Positions 57,656 to 64,000 of a stretch of DNA of 64,000 bases are shown piece by piece. The stretch is taken from positions 1-64,000 of the forward strand of contig CAYWJO010000002.1 of NCBI GenBank assembly GCA_964458565.1, given 5' to 3'. The notes under the pieces were generated by a model. That model saw only the letters and a program-made list of their open reading frames with translations, did no database searches and was not told where the DNA came from. The DNA comes from an uncultured archaeon. GTDB taxonomy: Archaea > Asgardarchaeota > Thorarchaeia > Thorarchaeales > Thorarchaeaceae. Every line of letters starts with the position of its first letter. Position 1 is the first letter of the stretch. A program made the translations under genes and the position numbers.

Positions 57656-57664
57656 TGCAGGGAG

Positions 57665-58630
57665 ATGATTGGACTGGCCACTAAACAAACGAAAGCAAAG
57701 AACTCGAGGGAGCGTAACCTTAGTGAGGCCAGTTATCTCTGCTCCGCCTGTAGTTCTACCGAAGTATATATTGACTACACCCGTGGTGAAGTCATCTGCT
57801 CTAATTGCGGACTTGTTCTTTCTGACAGATCTATTGATATGGGCCCCGAGTGGCGTGCTTTTACTGCTGATGAGCAGAATTCACGTCAGCGTGTAGGAGG
57901 TCCAGTTGATTGGAGTAAATTCGATCAAGGCTTGACGACCATTATTGGTCGTCAGAATGTCGATGCATCTGGAAGAAAACTAACTTCCACGCGTAGGGCA
58001 CAGATACACAGGCTACGAAAATGGCAGATACGCACTAAGGTCCACTCTTCCGACAAAAGAAATCTCGCTGTAGCTATGACTGAACTCCATCGGATTAGTT
58101 CTCAAATGAGTATCCCCTACTCAATTCGAGAAACCTCTGCTGTCATCTATAGGAAAGCATTACGCAAACGACTCACTCGTGGTCGCACAATTCTTGGTAT
58201 GATTGCGGCATCACTCTATCTAGCGTGTAGAGTACATCAGGTTCCGCGGCCATTGGAAGAAATTGTCGATCAGATACATATCACGCGGAAGGAACTGAGT
58301 CTATGCGTACGTCTTATTCTGAGATATCTCCAGTTGAAGATACCACACTCATCACCAAAGGACTTTGTCCACAGATTTGGTACTGAATTGGGTCTAACTG
58401 GCGAAGCAAAGAAGAAGGCGATTGACATCCTAGAGTTGGCACGTGAAGCTCGGCTCACGATAGGTAAAGATCCGAAAGGTATGGCTGCTGCGGCAATATA
58501 CGTAGCAAGTATTCTCACAGGCTGTCGTAAGACACAGTTAGAGATTGCTCGAACTGCTAGGGTCACTGAAGTGACTGTGCGAAATCGCTACAAAGAGATG
58601 GTAGACCGCTTAGGCATTTCTACCACCTAA
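57665..58630 (+). CDS. tfb: Transcription initiation factor IIB (TFB)
   Basis: CSAC...GEVICSNCG Zn ribbon; GPEWRAF; two cyclin repeats; GKDP; VTEVTVRNRYKE. Confidence 0.97.
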   Translation: MIGLATKQTKAKNSRERNLSEASYLCSACSSTEVYIDYTRGEVICSNCGLVLSDRSIDMGPEWRAFTADEQNSRQRVGGPVDWSKFDQGLTTIIGRQNVDASGRKLTSTRRAQIHRLRKWQIRTKVHSSDKRNLAVAMTELHRISSQMSIPYSIRETSAVIYRKALRKRLTRGRTILGMIAASLYLACRVHQVPRPLEEIVDQIHITRKELSLCVRLILRYLQLKIPHSSPKDFVHRFGTELGLTGEAKKKAIDILELAREARLTIGKDPKGMAAAAIYVASILTGCRKTQLEIARTARVTEVTVRNRYKEMVDRLGISTT

Positions 58631-58637
58631 CACAACA

Positions 58638-58692
58638 TGCAGTGGGAGTTACTGCAAACACCAGATGGACAGGGAAAACCCCTTCCTTGTCC
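58638..58692 (+). terminator. Tandem hairpins 3' of tfb
   Basis: TGCAGT-N7-ACTGCA and GGACAGGGAA-AACCCC-TTCCTTGTCC. Confidence 0.5.
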
Positions 58693-58846
58693 CTTCACTT
58701 ATATTTGAGTAGTTTGTTTTTACTCTCCGAATGTTTTTCTACAGGGACTGCCAATCAAACAATCCACCAATTTTGACTAATCTTTGCATAAAATAGATAA
58801 GAAAGTTAATGATTCATTATATCAAAACATTAAGCGTGGATGTGAA

Positions 58847-59233
58847 ATGTCAGGGGAATTATCGAAGATATCGAAGTACATCTTTCTTCTCCACTTCATA
58901 GTGGCGTTGATTTTTGGACTCATCTGGTTTGTCGTACCAGAATATTGGAATACACTAACCGGTTGGCCTGAAGAGATAGCCTCAGGACGGATAGTTGGAA
59001 TGGCAACAATAATGGTTGCTATTGGTTGTCTTCTTGGATACAGAGCCACCACATGGAAACAGGTTGAGATTCTTGTTGTAATGGAACTGGTCTACAACAT
59101 TCTCGGAGCTATTGGAATGATCTGGAATGCTATAGCAATACCCACACTCCCGGTAGTTGTTTGGCTTCTAATAGGGCTCCTCGGTTTGTTCGCTGTTCTG
59201 TTTCTCTATGTATTCTTTACTGAGAAAAGATAA
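58847..59233 (+). CDS. Hypothetical 4-TM membrane protein
   Basis: Four hydrophobic helices; probable ATG at 58847. Confidence 0.7.
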   Translation: MSGELSKISKYIFLLHFIVALIFGLIWFVVPEYWNTLTGWPEEIASGRIVGMATIMVAIGCLLGYRATTWKQVEILVVMELVYNILGAIGMIWNAIAIPTLPVVVWLLIGLLGLFAVLFLYVFFTEKR

Positions 59234-59560
59234 CTAGTCACGAATCTATTGGTCTAGACCCATCCTGGTTTCGCTGAGCAATCACCATTGAGATTGATCC
59301 CTTCGGATCTGGTTGAAGTGGTTAGAAGTATAAGATGATATTAGGCATCACCATCGATATTTGTACTGCTTCAAATTCTCACAATCCTAATAAGACCGCT
59401 AACACACACATATTTCGACAACATCTGACTGTTACGTTTCCTAGGTATTGACTCTAAAATCGAATTCGATTTGCATTAGACAAAAACAGCGCGTGGATCT
59501 AATACTGTCTAGGGGAAACCATCATGGATACCGAGATATTCTATAAATAGAGGAGGATGA

Positions 59561-60700
59561 ATGAGAATGGTGCATTCAGAAATTGATCGCACAAATATTA
59601 TCGATAATGATCGCATTGCAGTTCTAGGTGCAGGGAATACAGGGCTGGGACTTGCTGGTTACTTATCCCTTGAAGGGTTCAATGTATCTCTTTACAATCG
59701 CACGTTTTCAAAAATCAGGGATATAGACAAAGCAGGCGGATTTGAAGTCAAGGGATTATTTGAGGGATTTGCACGTCTTCATAGCGTAACCGATGACCCT
59801 CGTATAGCAATAGCAAAGCGGGGTGTAATTATTATCGCCACCTCCGCTACAGGACATGCTTCTATTGCAGAATCCATTGTTGATAAGCTGTCACCAGGTC
59901 AACTGATTCTATTAATGCCCGGAAGAACTGGTGGTGCACTTGAGTTTTACAATGTTCTCAAGAAGAAAGGTCGAGAAAATGAAATACTTATTGGGGAGGC
60001 GCAATCGAACCTCTTCATCTCTACCTCTGAAAATAGTACCTCTGTACAGATCTCTGGAGAGAAGGAATTTGTTAAAGTCAGCGCAATGCCAGCGATTACA
60101 AATAGGGACTATATTGAGCGTCTGGAACAGTTTCCTCTAAGGCTTAAACCAACAGCTGATGTAATGGAGACTAGTATGAATAATTTTGGAGCATTACTTC
60201 GCCCCGTACCCGTGCTCTTTTCTGCTGGAATTATCGAATCAAAGGGTGGTGGATTCAACCACTTCTATGATGGTATCTCTGAATCTGTCGGGCAATATAT
60301 TGAAAAGATGGATCAAGAGCGATTACGAGTCGCTAATTATTACACAGATTCACCCATTGATATCATCTCTTGGATGAAGGAATCTTATAACGTTGAAGGG
60401 AACAATCTGTGTGAATGCGTTCGAAATACTGCTGCTTACAAAGATAGCATGGCGCCAACGTCCTTGAATCATATTTACCTCAAAGAAGGGCTCTCAGCTG
60501 GTTTGGTACCTATGTCGCATTTAGGGCAATTAGCTGGTGTCATGACACCAATAATTGATAGCACGATTCAGATTGCTTCCAATCTTACTCAGCAACAATA
60601 TCTTGATACGGGACGGACTGTTAAGAAAATGGGTCTTGAAGGCATGGACATCCAACAGGTCAAAGATTATGTCAAACTTGGTGTTCATAGATCCAGCTAA
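59561..60700 (+). CDS. NAD/NADP octopine/nopaline (opine) dehydrogenase family protein
   Basis: IAVLGAGNTG, PGRTGGALEF, MDQERL, GLVP and TGRTVKKMGL motifs. Confidence 0.9.
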   Translation: MRMVHSEIDRTNIIDNDRIAVLGAGNTGLGLAGYLSLEGFNVSLYNRTFSKIRDIDKAGGFEVKGLFEGFARLHSVTDDPRIAIAKRGVIIIATSATGHASIAESIVDKLSPGQLILLMPGRTGGALEFYNVLKKKGRENEILIGEAQSNLFISTSENSTSVQISGEKEFVKVSAMPAITNRDYIERLEQFPLRLKPTADVMETSMNNFGALLRPVPVLFSAGIIESKGGGFNHFYDGISESVGQYIEKMDQERLRVANYYTDSPIDIISWMKESYNVEGNNLCECVRNTAAYKDSMAPTSLNHIYLKEGLSAGLVPMSHLGQLAGVMTPIIDSTIQIASNLTQQQYLDTGRTVKKMGLEGMDIQQVKDYVKLGVHRSS

Positions 60701-60709
60701 TGATGATTA

Positions 60710-61888
60710 TTAGGATACTGTATCCAGTGCAGTTCTAATGTCTCTAAGAAGGTCAATTGGATTCTCTATACCAACAGATAGTCGTACAGTCGATTCAGAA
60801 ATCTGCATTTCCTGTAGTATTGATGCTTCAATCCCATAATGAGTTGTCAATGCTGGAATACTTGCTAGACTCTCGACACCACCTAGAGATACGGCATTGA
60901 GGAATAACTCCAAAGAATCTACAAAGGTTTCAGTCTGTTTCAGTGTGCCATTAATATCAATGGTCAGCATTCCACCAAACCCATTCATTTGTGATCGAGC
61001 AATGTGATAACTTGGATGATTTGTGAGTCCTGGATAGTGAATTCTTGAGATTCGAGTATCCTTGGATAGTTCAGTAGCGAGAAACATCGCGTTTTTATTA
61101 TGTTTTTCAACACGGACTCCCAATGTTTTAAGTCCTCTATCTAGTAGGAATGAAGCAAAGGGGTCTATGGTAGCACCTAATAGCTTTGCAGCCTTGATTA
61201 TATTGTCAATGTAGGGGCTATCTCCTGACACAGTCCCAGCAATAATATCACTGTGCCCTCCAAGATATTTGGTAGCACTGTGAATTATGATATCAACACC
61301 TAATTCATGCGGTCTTTGATTGATGGGTGTTGCAAAAGTATTATCGATGACGCTGATCATCCCATTTGCCCTTGCAGCATCCGCGGCTTTTCTGATGTCG
61401 ATAATACGAAGTGATGGATTTGTTGGAGTTTCAAAATAACAAATCTTTACCCCTCCTTTTGAATCCTCCACCTCATCAACAAAATCATTCAAATCAACAA
61501 ATTCTACGTTGATGCCTTGTTGAGGAAGGACATCTTCAAATAGATGCAATGTACCACCATAAATGGAATCTGAGGTAATCAGAGTATCTCCTTTCTTCAA
61601 GAGACCCGTGATAACTGCTGAAATTGCTCCCATACCTGAAGCGAATGCAAATGACTTCTCAGTACATTCAAGCGCACTAATTTTCTGTTCCACCGCCCGA
61701 GTTGTTGGATTACTCCATCTAGTGTAAACATCCTTGGTTGATTTTCCTTGTACAGATGCAAGCATTTCTTGCTGGTCCTCAAAAACAAATGTCGAAGACT
61801 GATATATTGGTTTTACAGCTGGACCCGATTCCTGTTTTTCATTACCATGTACACATATCGTTGTAGGTGCGCGTTTCAATGGTGTCAT
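60710..61888 (-). CDS. PLP trans-sulfuration enzyme (methionine gamma-lyase / cystathionine gamma-synthase family)
   Basis: PIYQSSTF, YTRWSNPT, SGMGAI, ETPTNP, DNTFATP, HSATKYLGGHSD and SLGGVES motifs. Confidence 0.95.
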   Translation of the reverse strand: MTPLKRAPTTICVHGNEKQESGPAVKPIYQSSTFVFEDQQEMLASVQGKSTKDVYTRWSNPTTRAVEQKISALECTEKSFAFASGMGAISAVITGLLKKGDTLITSDSIYGGTLHLFEDVLPQQGINVEFVDLNDFVDEVEDSKGGVKICYFETPTNPSLRIIDIRKAADAARANGMISVIDNTFATPINQRPHELGVDIIIHSATKYLGGHSDIIAGTVSGDSPYIDNIIKAAKLLGATIDPFASFLLDRGLKTLGVRVEKHNKNAMFLATELSKDTRISRIHYPGLTNHPSYHIARSQMNGFGGMLTIDINGTLKQTETFVDSLELFLNAVSLGGVESLASIPALTTHYGIEASILQEMQISESTVRLSVGIENPIDLLRDIRTALDTVS

Positions 61889-62001
61889 CTTAAGGCCTCC
61901 CTTCTCTTCAAATACTATGAATCTGAAATTGATATGTTCATTGGTAGGGGCTTATCTACAAAAGTTCATAGCCTTCCACTCAGAGGTGGTTACGAAGTAG
62001 A

Positions 62002-62565
62002 ATGACTGCACAAATTCCTGATGAATTTCGATATAATGGAGATATCTATTCACTGGTAGGGATTGATGGTGAGGGCCTATTCACACCTTTAGATTTTGGA
62101 ATGAATCCATACTCTACATGCACAGCATGTTGGCGGGGTTATGTGATGAAATACGACTGTGTCGATAATCAACTGCTTCTAGTTGGTATGGATGTCAACT
62201 CAAATGAGTCGCCTGATATTAATGGTGTACCACCTATCAAAGGAGCGAATTACTTCGCATATGGATACGTGGATTTGGGTCTGAAAACTCATTTCTCTGG
62301 GAGTCTATTACTTGCGAGAGACTTTATTCAGGAAATGTATGTACACATGGGTTTCCAAAGGCCTATGGCATACAAAGAAGTGTTAGAAATCACAATCAAG
62401 AGTGGTGATATAGTCGAAGTAAGAGATCTTTCAGAGGAGATGGAACAACGTCGTAAAATGGATTCATCAAAAGGCGCACAACCTAAATCACGCTCTGAAC
62501 CTGATGTTAAACAATGGATTGAGGACACATTTTCACTTGACTACAAATCAAATAATGAGGAATAA
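62002..62565 (+). CDS. Conserved hypothetical protein
   Basis: MTAQIPD...STCTACWRGY; GAGGTG SD. Confidence 0.75.
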   Translation: MTAQIPDEFRYNGDIYSLVGIDGEGLFTPLDFGMNPYSTCTACWRGYVMKYDCVDNQLLLVGMDVNSNESPDINGVPPIKGANYFAYGYVDLGLKTHFSGSLLLARDFIQEMYVHMGFQRPMAYKEVLEITIKSGDIVEVRDLSEEMEQRRKMDSSKGAQPKSRSEPDVKQWIEDTFSLDYKSNNEE

Positions 62566-62816
62566 TGAAAATATGCGGGACGTATTCTCCTAGCGAAAGG
62601 AACTACATTTTCGAATAGTCGGCTCTTCATCTCTCATATAGCCAAATGAGATCACATAACAACCCCCCAAGAGAGTAACTATTTAGCTGGTGTAGCCATG
62701 GTGGCACTTGTATCAATATTCACTTATGGATTTATTTCATAAACTGAGGTTATACATGCTTTCAAATCATCGCGAATATGCTTATTTTCTTAGACACTGA
62801 TTCATATCTGAGGAGA

Positions 62817-63671
62817 ATGTGTGCCTTGACTAATCGACAGTCCATTCATGGTGTATGGCTCATAGAACGTGGATCAGGTCGTAATCTAGTTGCAAGAGCC
62901 TATACCAATATTGATATCGATATGGACCTAATTGCTCCCTTCCTTTCGGCCACACACACATTTATTGATCAAGCCTCCAACGAGTCGCTAAAAACAATCG
63001 ATACTGAATATTCCCGATATGTCTGGGAAGCAAATGACGAGCTCATCTTTGTTATCGCTGTAACAAAAAGTGCAAGGATTGGTCATATGCGCTTCATGCT
63101 GAAATATGCTCTAGATGAATTCATGAGACGAGAAGTGCCCTCAAACTCCGACCTCACATCTCTACTAAGTGGGTGGCATGGCGCTCCGAACACATTCAAA
63201 CATTTTGGAAACTTCATTGATGAGTTAGTAACGCAGTATGAAGAAACGGATGAGAGTTTGTTAGCAGGTAAAACGATGGACTGCCTTGAAGTCTATAGTC
63301 ATCTATATAGAGCTATCCTGAAAGTAGATGTAGATAAGAAACTGCGAAAGAAAATGATGAAGGAGATAAAGAAGAAAGCAGATCGTCTGTCTGAAGAACA
63401 TCCATTGCTAAAGAACGTACCAATTGATGAACATGGCGTGGATGTGCTTACAATCGATGTGTACAAGCTGATGGATGGCACAGATTATAAAAACTTCAGA
63501 ATAGCTCTTGAAGAGTTATTACGTATAATTGCAGAGGTATCACGTGATATTGTTGATCGCGAAACCTACAGAGAGATGCTTTTCGAATTTGCAATGCCTT
63601 ATGTTAAACGCGATCTCGATCGTCTGCAGACTTACGCAATTCTCGATGATGTTGTACGGCATCTCTTCTAA
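62817..63671 (+). CDS. Longin-like domain protein with helical C-terminal region
   Basis: IHGVWLIERGSGRNLVARAY...DLIAPFLSATHTF...LKTI...LIFVIAV matches the Asgard longin pattern. Confidence 0.75.
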   Translation: MCALTNRQSIHGVWLIERGSGRNLVARAYTNIDIDMDLIAPFLSATHTFIDQASNESLKTIDTEYSRYVWEANDELIFVIAVTKSARIGHMRFMLKYALDEFMRREVPSNSDLTSLLSGWHGAPNTFKHFGNFIDELVTQYEETDESLLAGKTMDCLEVYSHLYRAILKVDVDKKLRKKMMKEIKKKADRLSEEHPLLKNVPIDEHGVDVLTIDVYKLMDGTDYKNFRIALEELLRIIAEVSRDIVDRETYREMLFEFAMPYVKRDLDRLQTYAILDDVVRHLF

Positions 63672-64000
63672 TACTTTGAAAGTGCGATGATTGATCGCTG
63701 GACGATTTGTCCTATTTTACGTTCTGGGAGTACCTTCCTATTCGGATTAAGAACCAATTTGGAATCTTTTGTTGTTGAGTGACTAATGTGATCTTTAGAT
63801 AGAAGTGGAAGAACTTCGAGATTCGTTTTCTTTAGTATCCTATCTATCTGAATTCCAAGCCGCCCCTCGTCTGATTTTATCTCAGGGAGTGTAAATGCAA
63901 CCCTTCCATTTTCTCTCAAAACTGAAGACACGCTTCGAAGTGTTTCATTGTAGAGCTTAGTGAGCTCTTTCAATGCACGGTCAACCTCAGCAACTGAAGG
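63668..64000 (-). CDS. Partial (C-terminal) Trm11-like SAM methyltransferase; start lies beyond the window
   Basis: Frame open to the window edge; ELTKLYNETL...VLRENGRVAFTLP...QIVQRSI. Confidence 0.55.
   Translation of the reverse strand, partial: PSVAEVDRALKELTKLYNETLRSVSSVLRENGRVAFTLPEIKSDEGRLGIQIDRILKKTNLEVLPLLSKDHISHSTTKDSKLVLNPNRKVLPERKIGQIVQRSIIALSKY

Noticed and set aside
58667-58692. Possible SECIS element 3' of tfb
   Set aside because: tfb has no in-frame TGA; the stem is adequately explained as a 3' hairpin
59262-59320. TPP-riboswitch-like fragments (GCTGAG...ACCATTGA...TGATC)
   Set aside because: The P4/P5 consensus (ACCTGAT...TAAT...GCGNAGG) is missing and no thiamine gene is adjacent
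1-64000. CRISPR arrays, IS elements, rRNA genes, and the many short antisense ORFs in the track
   Set aside because: No regularly spaced repeats, transposase motifs or rRNA signatures were seen; short ORFs nested in or opposite well-supported genes have no motifs

Overview
This is a gene-dense (about 60 CDS, roughly 40% GC by eye) chromosomal segment of an Asgard archaeon, most plausibly Thorarchaeia; the taxonomy is inferred from gene content, not from a search. Housekeeping content includes FBP aldolase/phosphatase, archaeal TIM, PolB1, AspRS, ArgRS, TFB, the archaeosine genes arcS and raSEA, TldD/PmbA and a nurA-herA-mre11-rad50 operon. Two tRNA-Arg genes each carry a BHB intron in the D-loop. 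The most notable region is a five-gene ESCRT locus at 45760-50835. Besides Vps25, Vps4 and a Vps2/24/46-type ESCRT-III, it appears to encode two cross-fused ESCRT-I/ESCRT-II proteins: a Vps28 N-terminal core fused to Vps22/36 winged helices, and a zinc-finger / PH(GRAM/GLUE-like) / Vps23 steadiness-box protein with no UEV domain. Together these suggest a hard-wired, ubiquitin-independent ESCRT-I/II module. Other trafficking-like proteins are an IFT52(GIFT)-coiled-coil protein, a mu-homology-domain-like protein and a longin protein. Candidate structured leader RNAs lie upstream of tfb and of a small membrane protein gene, and there is an unannotated 26-aa ORF with its own promoter-like and SD signals. 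No CRISPR array, rRNA gene, transposase or integrase was seen. All family calls come from motif recognition by eye and need HMM or structure confirmation.
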